Shown: positions 25,856-36,302, numbered from the stretch's first letter. The stretch is 64,000 nt of DNA from Deltaproteobacteria bacterium (GCA_026388415.1 JAPLJV010000043.1:8478-72477), one strand, 5' to 3'. Numbers and translations: made by a program. Notes: a model not told the origin generated them from the letters alone.

Positions 25856-26827
25856 ATGAGAAATATTCTCAATAACCGCGGTGTGGCCCTGATTGTAGTG
25901 ATCCTCATGGTCAGCGTCATTATCGCCCTGACGGTGGAATTTAACCGCTCGACCCGTGATGGGCTTTATGGCACAGCCAATTTAAGCGACGGCATCCGGC
26001 TTTATTATGTTGCCAAATCAGGATTCAACGGGGGGCAAGCCCTGCTTACGGAAGATCAGAACAACTTCGATGCCCTGACCGAGACTTGGGCGAGGCTGGA
26101 ACTTCTCTCCGCACAGTCGGAGGGGTTTTTTCGGCAAGGTTCTTTTCAGGTCCTGATTGAAGATGAAGCGGGCAAGATTCCCATCAATAAATTGATTGCC
26201 GGCAATGCTTATAACGCACCGGTCAAGGATTTGCTGGTCCGTCTCCTGAGCCTGCCCGAGTTCAAGCTGGAAGCGGGCCGGGTAAGTGAAATCGTGGATG
26301 CGATCAAGGATTGGTTAGACAAGGATGACGAGGTAACGGGGCTGGGCGCGGAAGGCTCCTATTACCATAACCTCGCCAACCCATATACTGCGAAGAACGG
26401 ATTTCTGGATTGCATTGACGAACTATTGATGGTAAGGGGGGTCACCAAAGAGTTGTACTACGGTACGAAAGAAATCCCCGCCCTGAAGGATTGCTTGACG
26501 GTGTATGGCGAGGGAGCAATAAATATCAATACGGCGCCTAAATTAGTGTTGCGAGCTCTTTCTCCTGATTTATCGGTGGAGAATATCGCAAAAATGGATA
26601 TCTACCGGAGGACGGAGGGCAATGATCTGGCCGACGTCAACTGGTACCGGAGGATACCGGGTCTGCAAGGGATCAACATGAGTTACAATTTATTGACCGT
26701 AAAAAGCAGTTATTTCACGGTTATTTCTACGGGGATGTTAGGCAAGATGAAGCAGACGGTCACCGGGACGATAAAGAGGGCTCAGGAGCGCGGCGCGGCA
26801 GAACTGATATCCTGGAATGTCGAGTAA
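25856..26827 (+). CDS. gspK: type II secretion protein GspK
   Basis: Start at MRNILNNRGVALIVVILMVSVIIAL. ...WLDKDDEVTGLGAEGSYY...INTAPKLVLRAL are GspK hallmarks. Confidence 0.85.
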   Translation: MRNILNNRGVALIVVILMVSVIIALTVEFNRSTRDGLYGTANLSDGIRLYYVAKSGFNGGQALLTEDQNNFDALTETWARLELLSAQSEGFFRQGSFQVLIEDEAGKIPINKLIAGNAYNAPVKDLLVRLLSLPEFKLEAGRVSEIVDAIKDWLDKDDEVTGLGAEGSYYHNLANPYTAKNGFLDCIDELLMVRGVTKELYYGTKEIPALKDCLTVYGEGAININTAPKLVLRALSPDLSVENIAKMDIYRRTEGNDLADVNWYRRIPGLQGINMSYNLLTVKSSYFTVISTGMLGKMKQTVTGTIKRAQERGAAELISWNVE

Positions 26828-28389
26828 TGACGGAGAAAATATTAGGCATTGATATTGGTAACAGCGCCCTGAAGGCAGTTCTTGTATCTAACAGCCTGCG
26901 CGCCGGATTCAGGGTCGAAATGGCTGAGAACATGGCTTTTGACGATAGCGGGGCTATTGCCGGGAGCGTAGCGCAGGCGCTGGCATCTCTGGGAGAAAAG
27001 ATTGACTATCGCCAGGTACGGATCAACCTTTCACTGCCGGCAAATGCGGTTTCCTTTCACAACGTTAAACTCCCGTTCCGGGAGGAAAAGAAGATCCGCC
27101 AGACAATTGCTTTTGAACTGGAAACCATGCTCCCCCAGGGCATGGATGATTCCCTCCTGGACTACAATATTATCAGGCAGTTCCAACATTCGGACCATCA
27201 TTCGGAAATACTGGCCGCGGTGGTTCCGCGCGCCGTTGTGCAGGGACGACTCGCCCTTTTTGGAGAAAATCCCCCCGAAATCAATGTGATCGGTATCGCT
27301 ACCCTGGCGGTGGCCTCCCTGCTGGCGACCCGCAAGGCACTGACCGGTTCCGGCCTGCTGCTGGATGTAGGAGCCGGACAAACAGTGGCCGTCTTTCTAA
27401 AACGGGATAAAATATTGCAGGTGCGGCGCTATAATTTTGGCGAAGCCTTATTGGCACGTAAGAATGACTCCCTACTGTCATCTCGACCGGAGGGAGAGGT
27501 CTCGGCGGCAGGCCGGCACAGCGAACAAGGCCCTGATGACAAAGCGGCCGGTGGCGCTTGCCGAAAACTATGTCAGGAGCTCGCCAATACTATGGAATTC
27601 ATGCAATGGGGCGGGAGTATGGAGGATGGTCTGGAGCGGATCATACTGACCGGCGGCGGTTCGCTCCAGCGCGGCCTCAAGGAGGAAATGGCGCGTTCAT
27701 TTTCCCTGCCCGTGGAAACAATGGATGTGGCGGAAAGCGAAGGGGTAACGCTGCCGGAAGGAATCAGGGAGGCTTGGCAGCCGGTCATAATGAATCAGGC
27801 CCTGGCCCTGGCAATCCACCGACCTGCAACCGGACGGGGGTTCAACTTTCCGCTGCAAAAGTCGGCCGGCATGGCCAACCGGACCGAATTCAGCCTGGCC
27901 CTGAAGAGGGGGGCTGCCGTCCTGGCCTGCGCCGTATTCCTTCTGGCCATGGACTCTTATCTGGATTATCGTTATGCCCGACTGCGTCTTGATAACTTGA
28001 AAAAGGAGATAAGTGCGGTATTCAAGGGTGCGTCGCCAGAGATTACCCGCATTGTTGATCCCGTGCAGCAGCTTAAGGTGAAGATTGCGGAGGCCAGGAA
28101 AATATCCGCCGGCCTGGGGGGGATGGAAGGCAGTGCAACCGTTTTGGACCTTTTAAAAGATATTTCCGCGCTGGCGCCGCCGCCGACAGAGTTGCTGATT
28201 ACGGGCTTCAATCTTGACGATGACCGGCTGACCATCAAAGGGACGGTAAAAAATTTTGACGCTGTAGATGCACTGAAAAGAGAGCTGGCCAAATCAAAGT
28301 ATTTCACTGACCTGCAGATCGGCGCTACCAACTTAGTAAAACAGGGCGATAAGGTGGAATTCGATCTGAGAATGAAGGCGCAAAGATGA
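26827..28389 (+). CDS. gspL: GspL-like assembly protein (PilM-type actin-like ATPase fold, TM, periplasmic domain)
   Basis: 520 aa. ILGIDIGNSALKAVLV N-terminus, TM AAVLACAVFLLAMDSYL, C-terminal ferredoxin-like region. ATGA-type coupling to its neighbours. Confidence 0.78.
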   Translation: MTEKILGIDIGNSALKAVLVSNSLRAGFRVEMAENMAFDDSGAIAGSVAQALASLGEKIDYRQVRINLSLPANAVSFHNVKLPFREEKKIRQTIAFELETMLPQGMDDSLLDYNIIRQFQHSDHHSEILAAVVPRAVVQGRLALFGENPPEINVIGIATLAVASLLATRKALTGSGLLLDVGAGQTVAVFLKRDKILQVRRYNFGEALLARKNDSLLSSRPEGEVSAAGRHSEQGPDDKAAGGACRKLCQELANTMEFMQWGGSMEDGLERIILTGGGSLQRGLKEEMARSFSLPVETMDVAESEGVTLPEGIREAWQPVIMNQALALAIHRPATGRGFNFPLQKSAGMANRTEFSLALKRGAAVLACAVFLLAMDSYLDYRYARLRLDNLKKEISAVFKGASPEITRIVDPVQQLKVKIAEARKISAGLGGMEGSATVLDLLKDISALAPPPTELLITGFNLDDDRLTIKGTVKNFDAVDALKRELAKSKYFTDLQIGATNLVKQGDKVEFDLRMKAQR

Positions 28390-28937
28390 AGGTTTTCTGG
28401 GATAGATTATCGAAGCGGCAGCAGTTGACTGTTGCGGGCGGTGCCGGGCTGGTTTTGGTTATGCTTCTTATTCAGTTACTTATTCTGCCATTTGTGGATG
28501 CCCAAAAAACGCTTAATCAGGCAATTCGCAACAACGAAAAGATGCTCAGGGAAATGATGCTGTTGGCCAGGGATTATCAAGTCCTCAAACGACAGGCGGG
28601 AAGGATTCCACAGGCGCTGGCGCGGCGGCCTCAGAATTTTTCTCTTTATTCGCATCTGGAGAAGATCGCTGGAGACGCCGGCGTGAAAGCCAACATAAAA
28701 AGCATCAATGCCGCCAAGGGAGCCATCTCCGGGCCCTACGAAGAATTGCCTGCAGATATAAGGCTGGAGAAAATCACCTTGAAACAAATCACGGATTTTC
28801 TTTATCTGCTGGAAGCACCACAGGAACTAATCCGGGTAAAGAAGATCGCGCTGGCAAAAATGCCGGAAAGCCCCGAGTACCTGTCCGCCCAGGTTCAGGC
28901 GGTGACGTTTCAGTTAACGAAAGTTGCCGGCCAGTAG
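28386..28937 (+). CDS. gspM: GspM-like protein
   Basis: 183 aa. Single N-terminal TM (VAGGAGLVLVMLLIQLLILPF). Position after gspL, with a 4-nt overlap. Confidence 0.68.
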   Translation: MKVFWDRLSKRQQLTVAGGAGLVLVMLLIQLLILPFVDAQKTLNQAIRNNEKMLREMMLLARDYQVLKRQAGRIPQALARRPQNFSLYSHLEKIAGDAGVKANIKSINAAKGAISGPYEELPADIRLEKITLKQITDFLYLLEAPQELIRVKKIALAKMPESPEYLSAQVQAVTFQLTKVAGQ

Positions 28938-28938
28938 A

Positions 28939-29748
28939 ATGATGGAAAAAAGCAAGAGCATTGTATTATATATATTGTTTACCTTTGTTGTCCTGGGTTT
29001 CTTCCTCTACGTCCGTTTCCCCGACCAGGCGGTGCGGAGTTACCTGCTGGACACCATGACGGAGCGCTATCCCGCGGCGTCTCTGTCCCTCACATCAGTA
29101 TCACCGAGTTTCCCGCCCGGTCTGAAAATGGCAAACGTCCTCCTGAGTTTCAAGGACAACCAGGCGTCGGACGTCCGCCTGGAAAGCTTGAGAGTGAGGC
29201 CGCGCCTGACAGGCTATCTAGTCGGACGTTCATCTTTCGCAATGAATGCCGTGGCTTACGGTGGCGTTATGCAGGGGCGGGTAAATTTCCCCAATTTACT
29301 GCCGGATAAGATTCCGACCAGCGCCGAGATAAAGCTGGAAAACTTGAATCTGGAAAAAATCGCCTATCTGAAGGAAAGATTAGGCCGCCAGATCAGCGGG
29401 AAGTTGAGCGGCGTCTATACATACCGCGGATCTGACAGCCAGTTCGATTTTAATGTCCAAAACGGAACTTATCAACTGGTGGAGAAAATCTCTGGTTTCG
29501 ACAGGATTGATTTCAGCCGGGCCGAGGGTCAGATAACGCTCAAAGGCGGACTGCTGAAGATCAACAAACTTAAATTGACGGGTGACAAGATAAATCTTTC
29601 CCTGAAGGGCGATATAGTCTTGAACCCCGATTTTAAAAACAGCGAAATTAGCCTGACCGGCACGATGGAACTTGCGGCCATGAATAACAAGAAGATGACC
29701 CTGACGATTACCGGTACCATCGGTAATGCGAAAACCAGGTATCTATGA
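28939..29748 (+). CDS. gspN: GspN-like protein
   Basis: N-terminal TM (IVLYILFTFVVLGFFLYV) followed by a beta-rich periplasmic body. Assignment rests on position and architecture only. Confidence 0.5.
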   Translation: MMEKSKSIVLYILFTFVVLGFFLYVRFPDQAVRSYLLDTMTERYPAASLSLTSVSPSFPPGLKMANVLLSFKDNQASDVRLESLRVRPRLTGYLVGRSSFAMNAVAYGGVMQGRVNFPNLLPDKIPTSAEIKLENLNLEKIAYLKERLGRQISGKLSGVYTYRGSDSQFDFNVQNGTYQLVEKISGFDRIDFSRAEGQITLKGGLLKINKLKLTGDKINLSLKGDIVLNPDFKNSEISLTGTMELAAMNNKKMTLTITGTIGNAKTRYL

Positions 29749-30611
29749 GAATAGTTGAAAAATACCATTACCTGCTCGTCCTGCTCGCGATTACCGCGAT
29801 CACCTATGCCCTGGTGGGGGTGGGCTACGACTTATTGAGCTTCAAATTGCTGAAGAGCGGAATAACCCCCCGGCCGGCGGTGGAGGAAGCCGCGTCCTTA
29901 AACACCTCCAAGAAAGAGCCGGCTGATGCTTATACGGTTATTCCCCAGCGCAATCTTTTTGGTTCGACTGAAAAAGCAGCCGCCAATAAAAATTATGGTG
30001 CGGCGGCGCCCGCGGAAGGGCTTTATTTAGCTACCGTTCTGGAGGTAAAAGGCACCGTGGCGGGCACGGGGAAGGACGGTTTTGCCATCATTGAAGAGAA
30101 AGGGAAAAACAAACAACTGCTCTACAAGGTGGGCAACGTTGTAGCCGGCGCCAAAGTTGTCAAGATCACCCGTAATGCCGTTACTTTTCTGGTCGGCGAT
30201 AAAGAGAGAGTATTGAAGATGGCCGATACCAATCAAGCCCCCCTGCTGCCGCCGCGCCCCAGTGGGCCGCCGGCGGCGGGCTCCCTGAGCGCCGCGCCCA
30301 TGGTCGTCACCCGCAGTGAAGTTGACGCTTCGCTTAAAGATATGGGCACCATGCTCAGCCAGGCCCAGATCAGACCCTACTATGCCGATGGCGTACCGGA
30401 CGGCTTCATGGTTACCAATATCAAACCCGGCAGCATTTACGAAAGAATAGGATTGACCGAAGGCGACATTGTCCAGGGAACCAACGATCGCCGGTTGGTG
30501 ACCGCCGATGATATGACGGCGCTTTACAATTCCATGAAGGCGGGGTCTTCCCTGACACTCAAGATCAAGAGGGGCGGCCAGCAGCAAAACATTCAATACG
30601 TTTTCCAATAG
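29745..30611 (+). CDS. gspC: GspC-like protein with C-terminal PDZ domain
   Basis: 288 aa. N-terminal TM. PDZ-like GFMVTNIKPGSIYERIGLTEGDIVQGTNDRRL...LTLKIKRGGQ. Confidence 0.75.
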   Translation: MRIVEKYHYLLVLLAITAITYALVGVGYDLLSFKLLKSGITPRPAVEEAASLNTSKKEPADAYTVIPQRNLFGSTEKAAANKNYGAAAPAEGLYLATVLEVKGTVAGTGKDGFAIIEEKGKNKQLLYKVGNVVAGAKVVKITRNAVTFLVGDKERVLKMADTNQAPLLPPRPSGPPAAGSLSAAPMVVTRSEVDASLKDMGTMLSQAQIRPYYADGVPDGFMVTNIKPGSIYERIGLTEGDIVQGTNDRRLVTADDMTALYNSMKAGSSLTLKIKRGGQQQNIQYVFQ

Positions 30612-30621
30612 CGGTGTGGGT

Positions 30622-31551
30622 ATGTACGCGTCATATTACGGCATGCAGGAAAACCCGTTCAATTTAAATCCGGACCCGCACTATTTCTACCTGAGTCCCC
30701 AACATCAGGAGGCGCTGAATTGTCTCATCTACGGCATCAATGAAAAAAAAGGGTTCATGCTCATTACGGGCGGCATCGGCAACGGCAAAACTACTCTCTG
30801 CCGCACGCTGCTGACTAAGCTCGACGGGTCCGTAGAGAGCGCGCTGATCTTCAATTCGGCCCTTTCCGACCTGGAGCTTCTGCAAACCATTAATCAGGAA
30901 TTCGGCATTGTCATGAAGAGGGGGCGACAGACGAAAAAACGCTGTCTTGATGCCTTGAACGAATTTCTTTTGAAAAACTATGCGGCCGGCAAGCAGGCCC
31001 TGCTCATGATTGACGAGGCGCAAAATCTCTCTCTGAGTGTCCTGGAGCAGATCCGCATGCTTTCCAACCTGGAAACGGACCGGGAAAAGCTGCTTTCGAT
31101 CGTTCTCACGGGGCAGCCGGAACTGGGTGAACTCCTTGCCCTGCCATCGCTGCGGCAGTTGAACGAACGTATTACTGTCCGCTACGATCTGAAGCCGCTG
31201 AATCGGGCCAACGTGCAGATTTACATTGAATACCGCCTGACTATGGCGGGCGGCATGGATAAGGTCAAATTTTCTCAAGGGGCATATAATTTGATCTATC
31301 GTTGTTCAGAGGGCAATCCGCGGCGCATTAACGCCCTTTGCGACCGGGCGCTTTTGATTGCTTACACGGAAGATGTCAGCGCCATTGACCGGAAGATCGT
31401 AAAAAAGGCCGTCAAAGATGTAGGAGAAACTTTTTTTTTCAGAAAAGGGAGGCGAGCTGCGTTAAATCGCTTTGCACCGACATCCCTTTGGATCATCTTG
31501 TCGCTGGCGCTGCTACTGACGGGGTTGCTTATTCTTAACTTCCTTAAATGA
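30622..31551 (+). CDS. gspA: ExeA/GspA (MshM-like) AAA ATPase
   Basis: YYGMQENPFNLNPDPHYFYLSPQHQEAL...ITGGIGNGKTTLCRTLL (Walker A), LLMIDEAQNL (Walker B). C-terminal TM. No periplasmic peptidoglycan-binding domain. Confidence 0.88.
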   Translation: MYASYYGMQENPFNLNPDPHYFYLSPQHQEALNCLIYGINEKKGFMLITGGIGNGKTTLCRTLLTKLDGSVESALIFNSALSDLELLQTINQEFGIVMKRGRQTKKRCLDALNEFLLKNYAAGKQALLMIDEAQNLSLSVLEQIRMLSNLETDREKLLSIVLTGQPELGELLALPSLRQLNERITVRYDLKPLNRANVQIYIEYRLTMAGGMDKVKFSQGAYNLIYRCSEGNPRRINALCDRALLIAYTEDVSAIDRKIVKKAVKDVGETFFFRKGRRAALNRFAPTSLWIILSLALLLTGLLILNFLK

Positions 31552-31567
31552 CTTGACACAGAGGAAA

Positions 31568-32272
31568 ATGAGTTATATCAACAACGCCTTAAGAAAGGTT
31601 CAGAAAGAGAGGGACAGCCGCTACGCCGTATACGGCGACTTTATTTCTTTGCGCCGGGATGGGATCTCTGTGGCCAGGAGTTGGCGGGTATTCGCTTTCC
31701 CGGCGACGGTCGTACTTATCCTGGGAATACTGGCGGTTGCGGGCTGGTTTTTTTACCCGGCAACAACCCCGACGGTTAAAAGCTCTGTGGCTGTGTCTCC
31801 TCCGCAGGCAGCAACTGTTGCAGAGCAGTTAACATGGCCGGCAGCAGCCGCTGGGGAGGATTCGGCCCGCAGAGACCGGTCGGCGAAGGTTTACGAGTTA
31901 GCACTGGCCGCTCAGCGCGGCAAGCGATGGAAGGAAGCGGAGAGTCTGTATCAACAGGCCATCTCCTACGATCCGCGGCATGTACAGGCCCTGAATAATC
32001 TGGGAGTGCTTTATATGACGCAAAAGCGCCCGGAAGAAGCCATGGAACTTTTTGTCAAAGCGCTGGCGATCCAGGCTGGCTATGTTGATCCTTACTACAA
32101 TTTAGCCTGCCTTTACTCCCAGTCAGGCAACGTCCGGGCCAGCCTGAGTTATTTAGAAAGGGCGGTTAAAATTGACGTTCAGGTCAAGAAATGGGCTAAA
32201 CAGGATAATGATTTCAAGAAGATGCAGTCATTACCGGAATTTATTAAAATAACGGAAGAATTGGTAAAGTGA
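31568..32272 (+). CDS. GspB/ExeB- or MshN-like TPR protein
   Basis: MSYINNALRKVQKERD N-terminus is typical of GspB. TM at about residues 40-60. C-terminal TPR repeats (YQQAISYDPRHVQALNNLGVLY...). Confidence 0.65.
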   Translation: MSYINNALRKVQKERDSRYAVYGDFISLRRDGISVARSWRVFAFPATVVLILGILAVAGWFFYPATTPTVKSSVAVSPPQAATVAEQLTWPAAAAGEDSARRDRSAKVYELALAAQRGKRWKEAESLYQQAISYDPRHVQALNNLGVLYMTQKRPEEAMELFVKALAIQAGYVDPYYNLACLYSQSGNVRASLSYLERAVKIDVQVKKWAKQDNDFKKMQSLPEFIKITEELVK

Positions 32273-34497
32273 TGGCATACAAACTGAAAAAAACAATGAT
32301 GCTGGCAGCTTTCTTTTGGGCGGCGCACTTTATCGGCCCCTCTCTTTTACCGGCGGCCCGTGTGGCCGGCGAGGATGTGCCGGTTCCGACCATGACTGCG
32401 CCGGCCGCCGCAGCGCCCCGTCCTGACCAGAGCCCTCCGGTTGTCAAACGTCAGGAAAAAAAGGATGCCCCCGCGGTGCCGCCTCCGGGAACCTTCCCCG
32501 CCAGACTTGGGCAGACGCCTGCCGTCAAGGCTTCCGGCAATGCGGCTCTGCCTCCTGCGGCTGTTGCTGCAACCGAGACCAAGAAACCGGCAGCCAAATC
32601 CACACCGTATGTGACCATAGATTTTGACAATGTAGATATCCAGGTTTTCGTCAAGTTTGTCAGCGAACTCACTGGCAAGAATTTTGTCATTGACGAAAAG
32701 GTCAAGGGTAAGGTTACCATCATCTCGCCGCGAAAAATTTCCCTAGATGAGGTTTACAAAGTATTTGAGTCGGTGCTCGAAGTATACGGGTTTGCCACGG
32801 TGACCGCCGCCGACGTGATCAAGATCGTGCCGGCCCTGCAGGCGAGAGAAAAACAGTTGGAAACCCTGGTAGGCAAGCAGGACGGCAACCAGGGAGACAA
32901 GATCGTGACGCAGATAATCTCCCTGGAGAATGCCAACCCCGATGAGGTCAAAAAGGTGCTCGACCCGCTCATCTCGCGAACCAGCATTATCATGTCCTAT
33001 CCTCCCACAGGGATGCTCGTAATAACCGATTATCTTTCCAACATTCAAAAAATAATGGAGATTATTGCCGCCCTGGATGTGGAAGGAATGGCGGGCCAGA
33101 TTTCCTATGTGCCCCTCAATAAGGCCTTAGCTGCGGATGTTGTCAAATCGCTGACGTTGCTCTTCCAACCACAGCCCGGAAGGACTTCTCTATCCCCGAT
33201 AAGGCTGGTGGCCGATGAACGGGCGAATGCCGTTATCCTGGCGGCCAGCGCGATGGATTCGGATCGGATTAAAAAACTAATTGAGTTTATGGATAAAGAG
33301 ATTCCCAAGGGAGCGGCTACACTGAAGGTTTACCGGCTCCAGAATGCTGTGGCCGAAGATTTGGCCAAGGTGTTAATGAATATACCCAAGGGTACAACCG
33401 GCGCACCGGGCATACCGGGCCAGGCGGCGGCGGGAAAATCGCCGCTGCTGTCCAAAGATGTGCAGATAGTGGCCGATAAGGCCACCAATACGCTCATCAT
33501 TACGGCTACCAGTGATGATTATAAGGTCTTGGAAGACGTCATCCAGAGCCTGGATGTATCCCGTCCCATGGTCTATATCGAAGCCCTGATCATGGAAGTA
33601 AAAGTCTCCAAGAACTTTCAGGTGGGAGTAGAATGGCGCGGTATCAAGGACACTACCAGCACCACCGCCCTGGGAGGACTCGGCAGTGCGGCCTTTATCG
33701 GTTCCGGCGGCATGGGGACGTCCGGCGCTTACAACGCGATTCCCAACGTGAACATCGGTACTACCGGCAGCTCCGTGTCTTTTCCGCCAGGTTTCTCCCT
33801 GGGTATGCTTGGAGCAGGCATCACCATCGGCGGCGTTATGTTCCCCAGCATCGGGGCGGTGCTCCAGGCCTACCAGAATGATACCGATATCTCTATTCTT
33901 TCCACGCCCCAGATCATGACCTTGGACAATGAAGAGGCGGAGATAAACGTGGGAGAAAACGTTCCCTATCTTTCCCGGCAGGACACTACTTCGGGCATTT
34001 CGACAGTGGCGGGAGGCATCAACTACAGCAGTTATGAATACAAGGATGTGGGTGTGACGCTCAAAATTACGCCCCATATCAACGCCGAGGACTTCGTGCG
34101 CCTGAAGCTCGACCAGAAGGTTGATAAGGTTAGCTCCGGAGCGGCTGAAGCGCGTCCTACAACCCTGAAGAGACAGGCGAAGACGACCGTGGTCGTGAAA
34201 GATAAGGAAACCATCGTCATCGGAGGCCTGGTGGGAGACGAAACCACTGATACCACCTACCAGCTTCCCTGTCTGGGCAGCATCCCGATCCTGGGTTGGC
34301 TTTTCAAGTCCGCTTCCCAGAATCGGGCCAAAACCAATCTCTACGTGTTTATCACCCCCCACATCATCAGGACGCAAAAAGACGCCGCCGAGTTCTACAA
34401 GGTGAAGAAAGATCAGATGGGGGAGGTTAAAGACGGGGTTATCAAAATGAATGAAAAGGCGACGCCGAAAGCCCCTGATGCTGAGAGTAAAAAGTAA
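32269..34497 (+). CDS. gspD: type II secretion secretin GspD
   Basis: 742 aa. N0/N1-N3 domains (YVTIDFDNVDIQVFVKFVSELTGKNFVID) and secretin core (VVKDKETIVIGGL...LPCLGSIPILGWLFK...NLYVFITPHI). Unusual Pro/Ala-rich linker after the signal peptide. Confidence 0.95.
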   Translation: MMAYKLKKTMMLAAFFWAAHFIGPSLLPAARVAGEDVPVPTMTAPAAAAPRPDQSPPVVKRQEKKDAPAVPPPGTFPARLGQTPAVKASGNAALPPAAVAATETKKPAAKSTPYVTIDFDNVDIQVFVKFVSELTGKNFVIDEKVKGKVTIISPRKISLDEVYKVFESVLEVYGFATVTAADVIKIVPALQAREKQLETLVGKQDGNQGDKIVTQIISLENANPDEVKKVLDPLISRTSIIMSYPPTGMLVITDYLSNIQKIMEIIAALDVEGMAGQISYVPLNKALAADVVKSLTLLFQPQPGRTSLSPIRLVADERANAVILAASAMDSDRIKKLIEFMDKEIPKGAATLKVYRLQNAVAEDLAKVLMNIPKGTTGAPGIPGQAAAGKSPLLSKDVQIVADKATNTLIITATSDDYKVLEDVIQSLDVSRPMVYIEALIMEVKVSKNFQVGVEWRGIKDTTSTTALGGLGSAAFIGSGGMGTSGAYNAIPNVNIGTTGSSVSFPPGFSLGMLGAGITIGGVMFPSIGAVLQAYQNDTDISILSTPQIMTLDNEEAEINVGENVPYLSRQDTTSGISTVAGGINYSSYEYKDVGVTLKITPHINAEDFVRLKLDQKVDKVSSGAAEARPTTLKRQAKTTVVVKDKETIVIGGLVGDETTDTTYQLPCLGSIPILGWLFKSASQNRAKTNLYVFITPHIIRTQKDAAEFYKVKKDQMGEVKDGVIKMNEKATPKAPDAESKK

Positions 34498-34511
34498 ATA
34501 GTGAAAAGTGA

Positions 34512-36302
34512 ATGGCACACTCAGAAATAATAAACGAAACGGTGGATCAGAAACCGCTGGCAATAAGAAGTGGTGCCGCATCACTGTCTCTCGATGCCCG
34601 TCTCATCCAGGCCGGCCTGACGGAGGAAGCCCTGGCGGAAATCAAGACCGCCTGCCGCGCTAATGGTTCCGGATTGTTGGAACTGCTCCTGCAGAAAAAA
34701 TTACTCACGGAGGCGCAGGTACTGGATATCTTCAGCGCTCATTTCCATCTCCCCCTCTGGTCCGATCTGCCCGTGGAAAACATCAACCCGGAGTTTACTA
34801 ATTTCTTTCCTATTCAGTATCTCAAAAAGTACAAGATGGTGCCCCTGGCGGCCCCCGATGACAACCGGTTCGTCGTCGCCGTCAACGATCCCTTTCGTTT
34901 TCAGTTTGTTGATGACCTTTGCCGGGTACTCGGCAAAGACAATGCCCTTTGGGTACTCTCCAGCCAGGAGGCGATTATCGCCGCCATTAATCTGGCCTAC
35001 GATCTGAGTCGCAGTTCGGCGAAAGAATTTTTCCAGGAAATGACGGACGAGACCCCGGAGCGTCTTATCTCCGAGATTGAGGAGACGGCGGACCTGCTCG
35101 ATGAGACGAGCGAGGCGCCGATAATCAAGTTAGTCAACCTGCTCGTTTCCGGGGCCATCAGAGACCGGTCCAGCGACATTCACATCGAACCTTACCAGAA
35201 TGCCCTTAAGATACGCTATCGTATTGACGGTATTTTGTACGATATTTTGAGCCTGCCCCGTAGGATTCAATCCCCCTTGGTTTCCCGGGTCAAGATCATG
35301 GCCAAGCTCAATATTGCCGAGAAGAGGATGCCGCAGGACGGCCGGATTGAAATAAAGATTGCCGATCGCAACGTGGATATCCGCGTTTCCGTCATTCCCA
35401 CCGCCTTTGGGGAGCGGGTAGTTCTCCGTCTGCTCGATAAAACATCGTCCATCATGCAACTCGCTGATCTGGGCATGGATGCCAAGTCCATCCGGCTTTT
35501 TAATCGCCTGATCAAGTCGCCCTACGGCATCGTTCTCGTTACCGGTCCGACGGGGAGCGGCAAGTCCACCACCCTTTACGCCGCCCTTACCACGATCAAT
35601 CAACCGGAGATAAACATCATCACGATCGAGGACCCGATCGAGTATCAGATCGAGGGCATCGGGCAGATCCAGGTTAATCCCAAGATTGATCTGACCTTTG
35701 CCGCGGGTCTGCGATCCATCGTCCGCCAGGATCCGGACGTCATTCTCGTCGGGGAAGTCCGCGACCGCGAGACGGCGGAGATCGCCATTCAATCATCCTT
35801 GACGGGCCATCTGGTCTTTTCCACACTGCACACCAATGATGCGGCGAGCGCCGTAACGCGTTTGATAGATATGGGCATTGAGCCCTTTCTGGTCACCTCT
35901 GCCGTCATCGCCGTGGTAGCCCAGCGGTTAGTACGGCTCCTGTGTCCGAAGTGCAAACAGGCCTATACCCCCGATGACGAATCCCTGACCAATGTCGGTA
36001 TCAGTAAGGAGATGCTTCGCAACCATGTCCTTTACATCCGGAAGGGCTGTCCGGCCTGCATGAACACGGGCTACCGGGGACGGTCGGCCATCTTTGAGAT
36101 CATGATTATGGATGAAGACATCAAGCGGCTGGTTCTGAAGACTTCCGACTCCAATCAGATCAGCGATCTGGCCATCAGGAGAGGGATGACTACCTTGCTG
36201 CAAAACGGTGCCGAGAAGGTTTTGCAGGGGGTGACGACCCTGGAGGAAGTACTCCGGGTGACCAGGATTATTATCAGACGGGAAACGGATCTGGAAAATT
36301 AA
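34512..36302 (+). CDS. gspE: type II secretion ATPase GspE
   Basis: 596 aa. Walker A GPTGSGKSTT, Asp/His boxes, Walker B ILVGEVRD, tetracysteine CPKC...CPAC. T2SSE_N-type N-terminal domain. Confidence 0.95.
   Translation: MAHSEIINETVDQKPLAIRSGAASLSLDARLIQAGLTEEALAEIKTACRANGSGLLELLLQKKLLTEAQVLDIFSAHFHLPLWSDLPVENINPEFTNFFPIQYLKKYKMVPLAAPDDNRFVVAVNDPFRFQFVDDLCRVLGKDNALWVLSSQEAIIAAINLAYDLSRSSAKEFFQEMTDETPERLISEIEETADLLDETSEAPIIKLVNLLVSGAIRDRSSDIHIEPYQNALKIRYRIDGILYDILSLPRRIQSPLVSRVKIMAKLNIAEKRMPQDGRIEIKIADRNVDIRVSVIPTAFGERVVLRLLDKTSSIMQLADLGMDAKSIRLFNRLIKSPYGIVLVTGPTGSGKSTTLYAALTTINQPEINIITIEDPIEYQIEGIGQIQVNPKIDLTFAAGLRSIVRQDPDVILVGEVRDRETAEIAIQSSLTGHLVFSTLHTNDAASAVTRLIDMGIEPFLVTSAVIAVVAQRLVRLLCPKCKQAYTPDDESLTNVGISKEMLRNHVLYIRKGCPACMNTGYRGRSAIFEIMIMDEDIKRLVLKTSDSNQISDLAIRRGMTTLLQNGAEKVLQGVTTLEEVLRVTRIIIRRETDLEN

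Noticed and set aside
33373-34584. 403-aa minus-strand ORF.
   Set aside because: It is antisense to the gspD 3' half and the gspE start, with an Arg/Gly/His-rich shadow translation. The same reasoning applies to 4899..5651, 5993..6682, 6713..7327, 10438..11091, 45173..45964, 46087..46698, 47984..48829, 53229..53855, 60988..61743 and similar ORFs overlapping confident genes.
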